DNA of 64,000 nucleotides from an uncultured Verrucomicrobiae bacterium (GCA_963707025.1 CAVPOM010000003.1:96001-160000), one strand, 5' to 3'; positions 10,171-20,872 are shown, counted from the first letter of the stretch. Made by a program: numbers and translations. Notes: generated by a model from the letters alone, not told the origin.

Positions 10171-12114
10171 TTATTTCTTCTCGTCCACCACTTCGGCGTC
10201 AATGATGGGGCCTTCTTCCTTGGCGCCGGCACCGGAGTCGGCGGACGCCCCGCCTTTCGGGCCGGAGGATTCTTTACCGGACCGCGCCTTGGCGGATTCG
10301 GCGGCGGCGGCTTTGTACATTTCGGCGGAGGCGGCCTGCCAGCCTTCGTTGAGCTTCTCGCTGGCGGATTTGATGGCGGCGATGTCCGAGCCTTTCAGGG
10401 CTTCCTTGACGGCGCCGGCGGCGCTCTCGATTTTTTCCTTGTCGGCAGCGGAGATTTTGCCGGCGTTGTCCTTGAGCATTTTTTCGCTGCGATAGACGGC
10501 GTTCTCCGCCTCGTTGCGGGCCTCGACTTCCTCGCGTTTCTGCCGGTCTTCCTCGGCGTGCAGCTCGCCGTCCTTGCGCATCTTTTCGATCTCGTCCTTG
10601 GACAATCCGCTGCTGGCGGTGATGGTGATCTTTTGTTCCTTGCCCGTGCCCAAATCCTTGGCGCTCACGTCCAGGATGCCGTTGGCGTCAATGTTGAAGG
10701 TCACTTCGATCTGCGGCACCCCGCGCGGGGCGGGCGGAATGTCCGACAAATTGAATTTGCCAATCGTCTTGTTGTCGCGCGAAAACTGGCGCTCACCCTG
10801 CAAGACATGGATTTCCACCCCGGGCTGGTTGTCCGAGGCGGTGGAGAAAATCTCCGACTTGCGCGTCGGGATGGTGGAATTGCGTTCGATCAGGCGGGTG
10901 AAGACGCCGCCGAGGGTTTCGATGCCCAGGGACAGCGGCGTCACGTCCAGCAAAAGAACGTCCTTGACCTCGCCCTTGAGCACGCCGGCCTGGATGGCGG
11001 CGCCCACCGCCACCACTTCGTCGGGATTGACCCCCTGGTGCGGCGGCTTGTTGACCAGCGATTCGGCGGCCTGCACCACCCGGGGCATGCGCGTCATGCC
11101 GCCGACCAGCACCAGCTCGTCTATTTTTTCCGCCGTCACTCCCGCGTCCTTCAAGCAGTTCTTGACCGGGCCGATGGTGCGTTCGAAAAGATTGTCGCAA
11201 AGTTGCTCCATTTTGGCACGGGTCAACTTGGCGCTGAGGTGTTTGGGGCCGCTGGCGTCGGCGGTAATGAAAGGCAGGCTGATTTCATAGACCTGCGCGC
11301 TGGAGAGGGCGATCTTGGCCTTTTCGGCTTCCTCCTTGATGCGCTGGAGAGCGTCGGGCTGTTTGCGCAAATCCATGCCCTGTTCGCGTTTGAACTCGTC
11401 CAGCATCCAGTCCATGATGCGGTTGTCCCAGTCGTCGCCGCCCAGATGGGTGTCGCCGTTGGTGGCCTTGACTTCGAAGACGCCGTCGCCGATTTCCAGC
11501 ACGGAAATGTCGAAGGTGCCGCCTCCCAGGTCATAGACGGCGATTTCCTCGTTCTTCTTCTTGTCAAGCCCGTAGGCCAGCGAGGCCGCGGTCGGCTCGT
11601 TGATGATGCGCAGGACCTCCAGGCCGGCGATGCGCCCGGCATCCTTGGTCGCCTGGCGCTGGGAATCGTTAAAGTATGCGGGCACGGTGATGACGGCCTG
11701 GGTGATTTTTTCGCCCAGCCGCATTTCCGCGTCCGCCTTCAATTTGGCCAGGATCATGGCCGATATTTCCGGCGGGCTGAATCGTTTGGTCTTGCCCTCC
11801 ACTTCCACTTCCACGGCGGCATCGCCGTTGGTGGCGCGCACGACCTTGTAAGGCACGCGCTTGATTTCCTCCTGCACTTCATCGAATTTTCGGCCCATGA
11901 ACCGTTTGATGGAGTAAACGGTGTTGCGGGAGTTGGTGACGGCCTGGCGTTTGGCGGCATCGCCGATCAGACGTTCGCTCGTCTTGGTGAAAGCGACGAC
12001 GGAAGGGGTGGTGCGTTTGCCTTCGGAATTCTCCAAGACAACCGGTTCGCCGCCCTCCATGACCGCCATGCATGAGTTGGTGGTTCCTAAATCAATTCCA
12101 ATTACTTTTGGCAT
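10171..12114 (-). CDS. dnaK: Chaperone DnaK (Hsp70)
   Basis: [34 protein letters not shown]; 647 aa. Confidence 0.99.
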   Translation of the reverse strand: MPKVIGIDLGTTNSCMAVMEGGEPVVLENSEGKRTTPSVVAFTKTSERLIGDAAKRQAVTNSRNTVYSIKRFMGRKFDEVQEEIKRVPYKVVRATNGDAAVEVEVEGKTKRFSPPEISAMILAKLKADAEMRLGEKITQAVITVPAYFNDSQRQATKDAGRIAGLEVLRIINEPTAASLAYGLDKKKNEEIAVYDLGGGTFDISVLEIGDGVFEVKATNGDTHLGGDDWDNRIMDWMLDEFKREQGMDLRKQPDALQRIKEEAEKAKIALSSAQVYEISLPFITADASGPKHLSAKLTRAKMEQLCDNLFERTIGPVKNCLKDAGVTAEKIDELVLVGGMTRMPRVVQAAESLVNKPPHQGVNPDEVVAVGAAIQAGVLKGEVKDVLLLDVTPLSLGIETLGGVFTRLIERNSTIPTRKSEIFSTASDNQPGVEIHVLQGERQFSRDNKTIGKFNLSDIPPAPRGVPQIEVTFNIDANGILDVSAKDLGTGKEQKITITASSGLSKDEIEKMRKDGELHAEEDRQKREEVEARNEAENAVYRSEKMLKDNAGKISAADKEKIESAAGAVKEALKGSDIAAIKSASEKLNEGWQAASAEMYKAAAAESAKARSGKESSGPKGGASADSGAGAKEEGPIIDAEVVDEKK

Positions 12115-12155
12115 AAAATTCCTTGCTGTAATGTGCAATTCAGCAAGAATCTATG

Positions 12156-12171
12156 AGCAATCCCAGTGCCA
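12156..12171 (-). promoter_or_regulatory. Sigma54 (-24/-12) promoter of dnaK
   Basis: Minus strand TGGCACTGGGATTGCT fits TGGCAC-N5-TTGCW with exact GG-N10-GC spacing, about 40 nt upstream of the ATG. Confidence 0.75.
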
Positions 12172-12188
12172 CAGCTCAGCGAGTCATA

Positions 12189-12201
12189 TAAGTGGTTGAT
12201 A
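12189..12201 (-). promoter_or_regulatory. IHF binding site
   Basis: TATCAACCACTTA is a perfect WATCAANNNNTTR in an AT-rich patch just upstream of the sigma54 site. Confidence 0.65.
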
Positions 12202-12236
12202 ATAATATACTTATGTATTGTTACCCCACCAATGCT

Positions 12237-12261
12237 GACACAATGATAGAGACATTGTGGC
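12237..12261. promoter_or_regulatory. Candidate enhancer (bEBP) site
   Basis: Dyad CACAATG-N7-CATTGTG about 100 bp upstream of the predicted start; related GCCAAAATGACAC at 12292. Confidence 0.45.
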
Positions 12262-12380
12262 GCAAAGCGCCAGTTTAAGCCGCTTTCAAGGGCCAAAATG
12301 ACACATTCTGCGTTTATCGCTGTGGGTCAATTCCACGTCGTTGGGGCAGTTTAAGGAATTGTGTCGCCCTACATGAGGGT

Positions 12381-12435
12381 GGTAGGGCGCGCACTCCGTG
12401 CGCGCCGTGGCGGGCAACGGAGTGCCCGCCCTGCC
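12381..12435. repeat. REP-like palindrome (GGTAGGGC family)
   Basis: GGTAGGGCGCGCACTCCG ... CGGAGTGCCCGCCCTGCC. Confidence 0.7.
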
Positions 12436-12529
12436 AACTCATTCGGACAGATCACTGACGCATTACGAGAAATGTGAACTCCTGTTTTCACCCGGCTTGT
12501 CGCGTCGGACCAATCATCAATAGCAACAT

Positions 12530-14443
12530 TCAGGCGGCGTTGCTCTCCACATTCGCCGGGGTGCCTTGCTTGAGCCAGACCATCAGTATGCCAATGTCCG
12601 CTGGCGAAACGCCGGAGATGCGCGAGGCCTGGCCCAAGGTCGCCGGCTGGATTTTTCCCAGCTTTTGCCGCGCCTCGGTCCGCAAGCTGGGCACTTTGCT
12701 GTAATCCATCCAGCTCGGAATCTGTTTGTCTTCCAGGCTCTTTAGCTTGGCCACCTCGATTTCCTGGCGGGCGATGTAGCCCTCGTACTTGATGAAGATG
12801 TCCACTTGCTGAATGACTTCCTCCGACAATTCGGCATTCCGGTCTGGAAGATTGGCATAAACCATTTCCGGCCGCCGCAACAGTTGAGCCAGCGTATCGG
12901 CTCCAACCCGGGTCCTTTCCAGGCGCGCCAATTCGTTCTCGATCGCGGTTCGCTTGGCTTCCAACTTCCGGGCATGGCGCGATGGCAACAGCCCGATGTC
13001 ATATCCAAGACCTCCCAGCCTCAAATCAGCATTATCCTGCCGCAGAAGCAAACGATACTCCGCGCGTGAGGTGAACATGCGATATGGCTCGGTCGTCCCC
13101 TTCGTTACCAGGTCATCAATCAAGACTCCAATGTAAGCTTCGTTGCGCCGAAGAATGACGGGAGGCTTTTCCTGCACCCTCCGCACCGCGTTGATCCCGG
13201 CCATCAACCCTTGCGCCCCGGCTTCCTCGTAGCCCGACGTGCCGTTGATCTGTCCGGCCAGAAACAAGTTCCGGCAGACTTTCGTTTCCAGGGACGGATG
13301 GAGCTGCGTCGGGAACGCAAAATCGTATTCCACGGCATAAGCCGGCCGCATGATTTCGGCGTTTTCGCATCCGATAATCGTGCGGACCATCTCCATCTGC
13401 ACGTCGAACGGCAGGCAGGTGGAAAAGCCATTGACGTAGATTTCGTCGGTGGCTATTCCCTCCGGTTCCAGGAAGATCTGCTGTCTTTCCTTCTCCGGGA
13501 ACTTGACGATCTTGTCCTCAATGGACGGGCAATAGCGGGGGCCGATTCCCTCAATCACACCCGAATACATCGGCGATTTATGGAGGTTGGCCCGGATGAT
13601 CGCGGCGGTGGCCTCGGTGGTATATGTAATATAGCAGGGAAGCTGTCCGTTGATCCGACCCAAAATGGAGCCAGGCGGGTATTTGCCGTTGGATCCTGAT
13701 ATATCGCACGCCGGCGCCCCGGAATGTTCCACGTGGAACAAATCGTCTTTCCAGTAAGAAAACCAAGGCACCGGATCGTCGCCCGGCTGGACATCCGTTT
13801 TGGAAAAATCAATGCTCCGCCGCAACAACCGCGGCGGGGTTCCGGTCTTGAGCCGCCCCAATTCCAACCCCAGTTCCTTCAACGAACCGGATAGACTCAT
13901 CGCCGCCCCTTCCCCTGCCCGCCCACCCGATTGCTGATTTTGCCCGATATGCATCAGCCCGCGCAAGAATGTGCCCGTCGTCACCACCACAGTCGTGCCG
14001 TGATATTGCACTTCCATCGTGGTCTCCACCCCTCTGGCCTCGCCGTTGCGATGCAGGATTTTGGTGATTTGCCCCTGCTTGACATCCAGATTCTCCTGCC
14101 TTTCGCAAATCCATTTCTGCCGGAATTGATACGCCTTTTTGTCGCACTGCGCGCGCGGCGCCCAAACCGACGGCCCCCGCTTGGTGTTGAGCATGCGAAA
14201 TTGCAGCCCCGTCATGTCGGTCGCTTTCCCCATTTCACCCCCCATCGCGTCAATCTCGCGCGCCAGGTGTCCCTTGGCCAGCCCGCCAATGGCCGGGTTG
14301 CACGACATCTGCCCAATGGTGTCCGCATTGATCGTCAACAATAAAGTCCGGCAGCCCATCCGCGCCGCCCCCAGCGCCGCCTCCACTCCCGCATGGCCGG
14401 CCCCTATGACAATCACGTCATACTTCCTCGGATAAACAAACAT
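12530..14443 (-). CDS. mnmG: tRNA U34 modification enzyme MnmG (GidA)
   Basis: VIGAGHAG.EAA, MSCNPAIGG, KTGTPPR, GPRYCPSIEDK, GQINGTSGYEEA, YRMFTSRAEYRL. Confidence 0.98.
   Translation of the reverse strand: MFVYPRKYDVIVIGAGHAGVEAALGAARMGCRTLLLTINADTIGQMSCNPAIGGLAKGHLAREIDAMGGEMGKATDMTGLQFRMLNTKRGPSVWAPRAQCDKKAYQFRQKWICERQENLDVKQGQITKILHRNGEARGVETTMEVQYHGTTVVVTTGTFLRGLMHIGQNQQSGGRAGEGAAMSLSGSLKELGLELGRLKTGTPPRLLRRSIDFSKTDVQPGDDPVPWFSYWKDDLFHVEHSGAPACDISGSNGKYPPGSILGRINGQLPCYITYTTEATAAIIRANLHKSPMYSGVIEGIGPRYCPSIEDKIVKFPEKERQQIFLEPEGIATDEIYVNGFSTCLPFDVQMEMVRTIIGCENAEIMRPAYAVEYDFAFPTQLHPSLETKVCRNLFLAGQINGTSGYEEAGAQGLMAGINAVRRVQEKPPVILRRNEAYIGVLIDDLVTKGTTEPYRMFTSRAEYRLLLRQDNADLRLGGLGYDIGLLPSRHARKLEAKRTAIENELARLERTRVGADTLAQLLRRPEMVYANLPDRNAELSEEVIQQVDIFIKYEGYIARQEIEVAKLKSLEDKQIPSWMDYSKVPSLRTEARQKLGKIQPATLGQASRISGVSPADIGILMVWLKQGTPANVESNAA
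13725..13740. other. parS centromere-like site inside mnmG
   Basis: Perfect 16-bp palindrome TGTTCCACGTGGAACA matching the parS consensus; reads LFHVEH in MnmG. Confidence 0.85.
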
Positions 14444-14457
14444 GGCGCGACCCCTGG

Positions 14458-16047
14458 TTATTGGATCTGGTAAATGGCGTCGAACGGCGTTGTTCCAGCG
14501 GCCTTTTGCATCTTGCGCGCGCTGTTCGCCGAGAGATGCTCGCATATCTTAAAAACAGTCTCCAATTCTCGGCTCCCAATGCCGGCGGCGATTTCGGCGA
14601 CGGTCTGGGCCGTTTTCCTCTGCTTTAGAAGTTCGACAATCTTCAGTTGCAGAGCGATAACCGCTCCAGCCGCCTTCTTGCCCGCCTCAACCCCAGGTTG
14701 GTGATATGCGTTGATGTTGACCAGTGACCCATAAAAACCGACCGCCCTTTCAAACAGCGCGATCAAAATACCGACCGAAAACGGCGAAACGTCCTTTATC
14801 GTTAAAGTAACCGATTCCCGCCCTTTTTCATACAAAGCGCGGCGTGTTCCGAGCAAAAAACCCTGTAAATAGTCCCCTGACGTTACCTCATTTTGCACGA
14901 AAAATGGTGCGCCAACCCGGTCCACGGAAACCTCAATGAACGTTACAAAGAAGTTCTTGAGACCATCCCGAAGCTGCTGAACGTAGGCATGTTGATCGGT
15001 GGAACCCTTGTTTCCATAAACCGCGATGCCCTGATGCACAACTTTCCCGTCCAGATCACGCTCCTTTCCAAGTGATTCCATGACCAATTGCTGCAAATAT
15101 CGCGAAATCAGCTCCAACCGGTCTTTATACGGCAAAATGACCATATCTTTCGCTCCCTTGCCCTTGCCGGCATAGTACCACATCAGAGCGAGCTGTGCGG
15201 CCGGATTGACTTTAACGTTATTTATCCGCGTGATCTTGTCACATTCCATCGCTCCTCCAAGAAACGCATCAATATCGAATCCTTGCAGCGCCATTGGCAA
15301 CAGGCCCACATCCGAAGTCTCACTGGTCCGTCCGCCAACCCAGTCCCACATCGGAAACCGCGCCAGCCAATGGTCGGCCACCGCGACCTTGTCCAAATTG
15401 CTGTCCACCCCGGTCACAGCCGCGGCGTGCCGGCCGAAATCCAGGCCGGCCCGTTGATAAGCCGCGCCGGCTTCCAACATGCCATTGCGCGTCTCCTGGG
15501 TGCCGCCGGACTTCGATATGACCACGCACAGCGTTTCTCCAAGCCGCCCGTCCAGGCGCGACAACACCTTGTCCATGCCGTCCGGGTCCGAATTATCGAA
15601 GAAATGAACCGACATTTTGTCCGTGACCGGCTGGCCGATGGCATTGGCCACGAACTGCGGCCCCAAAGCCGAGCCGCCGATGCCGATGACCAGCAGATTC
15701 TTAAACGGCCCGCCCGCGCCGCGAATCGCGCCCGCATGGACCTGCCCCGCAAAATCCTTGACGGCCTGGATCGCGCCCTCGATTTCCTGGCGGATGGCGG
15801 CCTGCGGGGCCAGCGCGGGATTTCTCAGCCAGTAATGCCCGGCCATGCGTTTCTCATCCGGATTGGCGATGGCGCCCTGTTCCAGGCTGGCCATGGCGGC
15901 GAAAGCCTTTTCCATGCGCGGCTGCATCGCGTCAAAATAATCGTCCGGGAAATTCATCCGGCTGATGTCCAGGGCCAGGCCCAGGGCGGGGAATTGGGAA
16001 TAATACTTTTGGTATCGTTCCCACAACCGTTCAGGTGTCATTTTCAT
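14458..16047 (-). CDS. pgi: Glucose-6-phosphate isomerase
   Basis: [44 protein letters not shown]. Confidence 0.97.
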   Translation of the reverse strand: MKMTPERLWERYQKYYSQFPALGLALDISRMNFPDDYFDAMQPRMEKAFAAMASLEQGAIANPDEKRMAGHYWLRNPALAPQAAIRQEIEGAIQAVKDFAGQVHAGAIRGAGGPFKNLLVIGIGGSALGPQFVANAIGQPVTDKMSVHFFDNSDPDGMDKVLSRLDGRLGETLCVVISKSGGTQETRNGMLEAGAAYQRAGLDFGRHAAAVTGVDSNLDKVAVADHWLARFPMWDWVGGRTSETSDVGLLPMALQGFDIDAFLGGAMECDKITRINNVKVNPAAQLALMWYYAGKGKGAKDMVILPYKDRLELISRYLQQLVMESLGKERDLDGKVVHQGIAVYGNKGSTDQHAYVQQLRDGLKNFFVTFIEVSVDRVGAPFFVQNEVTSGDYLQGFLLGTRRALYEKGRESVTLTIKDVSPFSVGILIALFERAVGFYGSLVNINAYHQPGVEAGKKAAGAVIALQLKIVELLKQRKTAQTVAEIAAGIGSRELETVFKICEHLSANSARKMQKAAGTTPFDAIYQIQ

Positions 16048-16288
16048 AGCGCCGCCCAAGATAACCGCAGCTCATCGGAAAGTCGAATGGTCTTGTTTTG
16101 CTGCCAGAGCGTTGCCTCACGCGGGACGGCCCATCGCACAAGGCAACATCCTCTCCGTCTGAAGCCGCGCCGGTTGCGAAAAGGGCGAAGTTGGAACCGC
16201 ATCGCAAAACTGCGCAGGCCGGGGAAAAAATGCCCGCGAAAAGGCGCGTCCGGCGCCGCAACCATAAAAGCTACCTCTGCAACACGCC

Positions 16289-16361
16289 TGTAGCGGCGGT
16301 CTATGACCGTCGCCATGCCGTTATTTCCCCTGGTTTGCGGCGGTCACAGACCGCCGCTACA
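16289..16361. repeat. REP/REPIN-like element (TGTAGCGGCGGTC family)
   Basis: TGTAGCGGCGGTC..TGACCG ... CGGTCACAGACCGCCGCTACA; second copy at 27350-27419. Confidence 0.8.
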
Positions 16362-16757
16362 ACCGTGGAAGCGCGTTTTGCAGAGGTCTCTACAATAGTC
16401 TTGACAATATGAACAGGATTTTTCACCGCGAAAAACGCAGCGCGGAAAGCCCCGTCCGAATCCGGAACCGCCCCGCAGACCACGCCGATGAACGCGGCTA
16501 CAGCAAACTGTTTGCCTCGATCTCCGCCAAGCCTTTAACTTGACTGCCGCCGGTTCCCGGGCGAACGCTCCGCGCCATGCGGGAAGAAAACGATATTATG
16601 CGATTATGCGGGACTGACCCGAATGGCGCTTTACGTTACCGTTGTCCCGATCGGCAGGGGGATGAGCGGCGAGAATTTTGTCGAGACGGGCGGACAAGGC
16701 CGGGCCCAGCGCCGGGCGCTGGCGGGGTTTTTGGATCGAGCGCGCAGTTGGATTCTG

Positions 16758-17687
16758 TCAATATTGCGTCGGCAGTATCATATTGCCGAATCGAGAAGCA
16801 AAATTTGTTATCCCGCCCATCCAGGCAAAATCCCATACTGTTCCACTGATTCCTCCCGTATGCATGGTTTGGATAAGTTCCCAACAAGTGATCCAATTCT
16901 GAGGAGTTCCTGCTTCGTACGAAACGGAAATGGTCCCAAGATAGGTGTGGGTTGTGAGATCGTAACACCACATGGTTCCCGTCCCATCAACTACAGCATC
17001 CCAGAGGATACCGAGCATATCACCCATCGGCAAGTTAAAGTCAGCCGGCACACCATTTTGATAGGAGGTTGAATCTCCACCGGGTGAGTTTTCCACGTAA
17101 AAGCAATGAGTAGAACCATCTTGAATGCCCCATGTTCCTCCATACCCGTTCTCTGCTGACACACCGTTAATATCGTAGGGTTCATAACCGGTGCTGTTCT
17201 GAAACCAACAAATCGTAAATGTAGTAATCTCCGTAACGGGGCTATTAGTTGTACCTGGTGGCATGACCGCCAGGTGGAGAGAGGGAAAGTTCGTGCTGGT
17301 AATGACTTTGTACACATTACTTGACGTCCACGGCATATTTGTTCCCTGGATACGCGCATTAGCATAAGGAAAGAGTGAGGGAACATTGCTGTTTTGCATG
17401 ACACAGTTTGTCCAATCCGGAACTTGCCACACCCCGTCATGGTTTCCTTCGTAAATATCAAAAGGGGGCAATCCGCCTCCCTCTATGGTATTTTTATAAA
17501 CCTGATTGCTTCCCACATTTTGGCCATACGCGTTGGTGGACTGCCAACCTGGTTCCACCATCCAATCAAAATTGATGCTCGTGCCGGTTGCGGTTTTTGG
17601 AGCGCCATTAAGCCACATTGGCCGTAATTGGCCAAACGCCGATGCAGCGCAAAGGAAGCAAAAGATGATGGCTGTTTTGATTTTCAC
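16758..17687 (-). CDS. Secreted hypothetical protein, AT-richer than the flanks
   Basis: 309 aa, signal-peptide-like MKIKTAIIFCFLCAASAFG; Asn/Thr/Trp-rich; GTG start overlaps the upstream stop. Confidence 0.7.
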   Translation of the reverse strand: MKIKTAIIFCFLCAASAFGQLRPMWLNGAPKTATGTSINFDWMVEPGWQSTNAYGQNVGSNQVYKNTIEGGGLPPFDIYEGNHDGVWQVPDWTNCVMQNSNVPSLFPYANARIQGTNMPWTSSNVYKVITSTNFPSLHLAVMPPGTTNSPVTEITTFTICWFQNSTGYEPYDINGVSAENGYGGTWGIQDGSTHCFYVENSPGGDSTSYQNGVPADFNLPMGDMLGILWDAVVDGTGTMWCYDLTTHTYLGTISVSYEAGTPQNWITCWELIQTMHTGGISGTVWDFAWMGGITNFASRFGNMILPTQY

Positions 17688-20242
17688 CAGTTGGCTCCAT
17701 CATAGACTCCCGTCCATTCATTAGTCGGAGTATTCCACGCCCCCAGTTGCACGCCGGACGGGATGGAATTGGTGCCCAATCCGGGCACCGTAAAAATCGC
17801 ACCGGTGGTGTTCGTAAGGATTGCGCTTCCATTCACATTCTTGACAATCACCGTTATCATCTTGCCCACAGTGGTCAGGTCGTTGGTGATGAACTCGTTG
17901 GTCCCCCAGGCGAAAAGCACCGAGTCGGCCAGCGTGACGTTGTAGTTGTTTGTGATCCATTTGGTGGTCGTGACCATGTTGCCCGATTGCAAATTCGTGA
18001 AAAGCAAACCGTTGAGAGCTTGCGCGACCTGAGACACCAAATTGGAAAGTGCAGCGGGCAACGCGGCCGCGGGCAGGGTGCCGATGATCTTGTTGCCGCT
18101 AAGCGACGTAAGCCAAGCGGGATCGGAATAAGAACTGGTGTTATAAACGCCGTCGGACACGGTGGCGGCATTGCCCGTCAGGTTGCCATTGAAGGTGCCG
18201 TAGAAGATGTTCTCCGCATTGGTCGCCAGCGTCACTCCGGCGAAGGCGTTTGTTCCCGTGAAGGCATTGCCGCCGTTGAGCAAAGGAACATTGGTGGAGA
18301 GTTGGGCGTCGGCGAGGTTCCCGGCCAGGTTGGCGGCGGTGGTCGCCGTCGTCGCGTTGCCCGCCAGATTGGCCGTGATGGTGCCCGCCGAGAAATTGCC
18401 TGACGCATCGCGCTGCACAATCGTATTGGTAGTGTTGGCGCTGGTGGCGCCATTGGCCGCGCCGGCCCCGCTGGCCACACTGGCCGCCGTCTGGCCGCCC
18501 ACGGTGGAAACTACGGTTGCGTTCTGCGTCCCCGTCACGTCGCCGGCCAGCGATCCACAGAAATTATTGGCTGTTCCGGCCGTCGTGGCCACGGTCGCGG
18601 TGGTGGCTGTCGGAGCGTTGCCCGTCAGGTTGCCATTGAAGGTGCCGTAGAAGATGTTCTCGGCATTGGTCGCCAGCGTCACTCCGGCGAAGGCGTTTGT
18701 TCCCGTGAAGGCATTGCCGCCGTTGAGCAAGGGAACATTGGTGGAGAGTTGGGCGTCGGCGAGGTTCCCGGCCAGGTTGGCGGCGGTGGTTGCTGTCGTC
18801 GCGTTGCCCGCCAGGTTGCCATTGAAGGTGCCGTAGAAGATGTTCTCGGCATTGGTCGCCAGCGTCACTCCGGCGAAGGCGTTTGTTCCCGTGAAGGCAT
18901 TGCCGCCGTTGAGCAAGGGAACATTGGTGGAGAGTTGGGCGTCGGCGAGGTTCCCGGCCAGGTTGGCGGCGGTGGTCGCCGTCGTCGCGTTGCCCGCCAG
19001 ATTGGCCGTGATGGTGCCCGCCGAGAAATTGCCTGACGCATCGCGCTGCACAATCGTATTGGTAGTGTTGGCGCTGGTGGCGGCATTGGCCGCGCCGGCC
19101 CCGCTGGCCACACTGGCCGCCGTCTGGCCGCCCACGGTGGAAACTACGGTTGCGTTCTGCGTCCCCGTCACGTCGCCGGCCAGCGATCCACTGAAATTAT
19201 TGGCTGTTCCGGCCGTCGTGGCCACGGTCGCGGTGGTGGCTGTCGGAGCATTGCCCGTCAGGTTGCCATTGAAGGTGCCGTAGAAGATGTTCTCGGCATT
19301 GGTCGCCAGCGTCACTCCGGCGAAGGCGTTTGTTCCCGTGAAGGCATTGCCGCCGTTGAGCAAGGGAACATTGGTGGAGAGTTGGGCGTCGGCGAGGTTC
19401 CCGGCCAGGTTGGCGGCGGTGGTTGCCGTCGTCGCGTTGCCCGCCAGATTGGCCGTGATGGTGCCCGCCGAGAAATTGCCTGACGCATCGCGCTGCACAA
19501 TCGTATTGGTAGTGTTGGCGCTGGTGGCGCCATTGGCCGCGCCGGCCCCGCTGGCCACACTGGCCGCCGTCTGGCCGCCCACGGTGGAAACTACGGTTGC
19601 GTTCTGCGTCCCCGTCACGTCGCCGGCCAGCGATCCACTGAAATTGTTGGCTGTTCCGGCCGTCGTGGCCACGGTCGCGGTGGTGGCTGTGGCGGCATTG
19701 CCCGACAGATTGCCGTTAAAGGTGCCATTGAGATTCACGCTTATCGCATTATTGTTCGTCACGACGGCGCCCGGCAATTGAGCCAACCCCAGCGTGCCGC
19801 TGACATTGGCGGCCGCAACCGAGTTGGCGATGCCCGCCGCGCTCGCAAGCCCCGCATTGGACGCATAAATGGCGTAAGGCGTCGGCAAGATCTCTTGCAG
19901 TGGAGTTAACAGGGAAAAAGTGTCGCTGCCGTTTGTCCGAACGCCAATCTGGAGCCAGTTGCTCGTGCCCGTGAAGGCGCCCGCGCCAAAATCAATGGTG
20001 GTGATGAACAGTCCATTACTCACGGTCGTAGCCAGGTTGGTGATTGGGCCGGCCGTCGCCGTGCCGCCGCTGCTGTTGGTATAGAGGGTGAAGGTCAGGT
20101 CGTAAGTGCCATCAGCGGGCGTGCCCTTATCTCGAAGTTGGCCTTGGTAGGTGAATGCCGTTGTGCCTTGGGCGAAGGCGCGCTTATTATCGGCCAGTAT
20201 CAACACAGCCAAAATGGCGATGAGACGCGAAATGCTGTTCAT
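17684..20242 (-). CDS. Secreted fibre/adhesin-like protein with modular internal repeats
   Basis: Signal peptide then TAFTYQGQL domain; LAGDVTGTQ and TIVQRDASGNFSAGTIT repeats of tail-fibre type; 852 aa. Confidence 0.8.
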   Translation of the reverse strand: MNSISRLIAILAVLILADNKRAFAQGTTAFTYQGQLRDKGTPADGTYDLTFTLYTNSSGGTATAGPITNLATTVSNGLFITTIDFGAGAFTGTSNWLQIGVRTNGSDTFSLLTPLQEILPTPYAIYASNAGLASAAGIANSVAAANVSGTLGLAQLPGAVVTNNNAISVNLNGTFNGNLSGNAATATTATVATTAGTANNFSGSLAGDVTGTQNATVVSTVGGQTAASVASGAGAANGATSANTTNTIVQRDASGNFSAGTITANLAGNATTATTAANLAGNLADAQLSTNVPLLNGGNAFTGTNAFAGVTLATNAENIFYGTFNGNLTGNAPTATTATVATTAGTANNFSGSLAGDVTGTQNATVVSTVGGQTAASVASGAGAANAATSANTTNTIVQRDASGNFSAGTITANLAGNATTATTAANLAGNLADAQLSTNVPLLNGGNAFTGTNAFAGVTLATNAENIFYGTFNGNLAGNATTATTAANLAGNLADAQLSTNVPLLNGGNAFTGTNAFAGVTLATNAENIFYGTFNGNLTGNAPTATTATVATTAGTANNFCGSLAGDVTGTQNATVVSTVGGQTAASVASGAGAANGATSANTTNTIVQRDASGNFSAGTITANLAGNATTATTAANLAGNLADAQLSTNVPLLNGGNAFTGTNAFAGVTLATNAENIFYGTFNGNLTGNAATVSDGVYNTSSYSDPAWLTSLSGNKIIGTLPAAALPAALSNLVSQVAQALNGLLFTNLQSGNMVTTTKWITNNYNVTLADSVLFAWGTNEFITNDLTTVGKMITVIVKNVNGSAILTNTTGAIFTVPGLGTNSIPSGVQLGAWNTPTNEWTGVYDGANW
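18173..19699 (-). repeat. Intragenic repeat block B-A-B-A-A-B-A (B=261 bp, A=186 bp)
   Basis: B at 19439-19699, 18992-19252, 18359-18619; A at 19253-19438, 18806-18991, 18620-18805, 18173-18358; near-identical DNA. Confidence 0.92.
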
Positions 20243-20872
20243 ACGATTATCTCCACTTTTCTCACCAAGCTGACGCACCATCGTGCCTAGAGGCGCGAAC
20301 TCAACGCCCTCCATCCGAGGCACCGCGACGCATCTAAGCAGAGAATCTGCCAGCCGTCGCCACAGTTAACTCTAATGTCTCCTTTCATATAAGTTTCACT
20401 TATTACACCCGCCAAAACGGCTAGTCGGTCAAGTCTAAAATGGCCGACAGGCTTCATGCATGGGCGCATCCCATTTTTTTGGGCAGTCGCTCTCATTTTC
20501 AATCTTAGTTCTAATCCAGATCTTAACCCATTCTGATTGCTAAGCCGCAGGGACAGATCCATCCCAAATCGTGTCCATTCGTCATACTATCGGCAGATGG
20601 GGGCCAGTGGTGAAGCCGCGCCTGGGAAAACTCTGTCAAGGAGTTCCGCTGACGCAGAAACCAGATGTGCTTCCTCAGCCGAATTCGCTGTTTTGCGAAG
20701 AAAGTGCAAGTGCCAGTTATCACTTGATAATCTCCCGGATTGGCTCCCGGCTTCGGGCAGATTTCGAAAGGGCGCTCCAACCGCTCGAATTGCCGGCGAC
20801 CAACTGCGCCCTCCGTGGCAATTCCACTTGCCAACCGTCCCGCTCATCCTGGAAAATTTTGCGCAGCGGGAT

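Noticed and set aside
8664..12360. CIRCE (HrcA) operator before groES or dnaK
   Set aside because: No TTAGCACTC-N9-GAGTGCTAA match found by eye in either upstream region
18173..19699. Repeats as a CRISPR array or DGR template/variable pair
   Set aside because: In-frame coding modules without unique spacers; differences are not adenine-specific
16758..20242. Prophage remnant
   Set aside because: The fibre-like gene has a signal peptide and there are no capsid, terminase, integrase or tail genes
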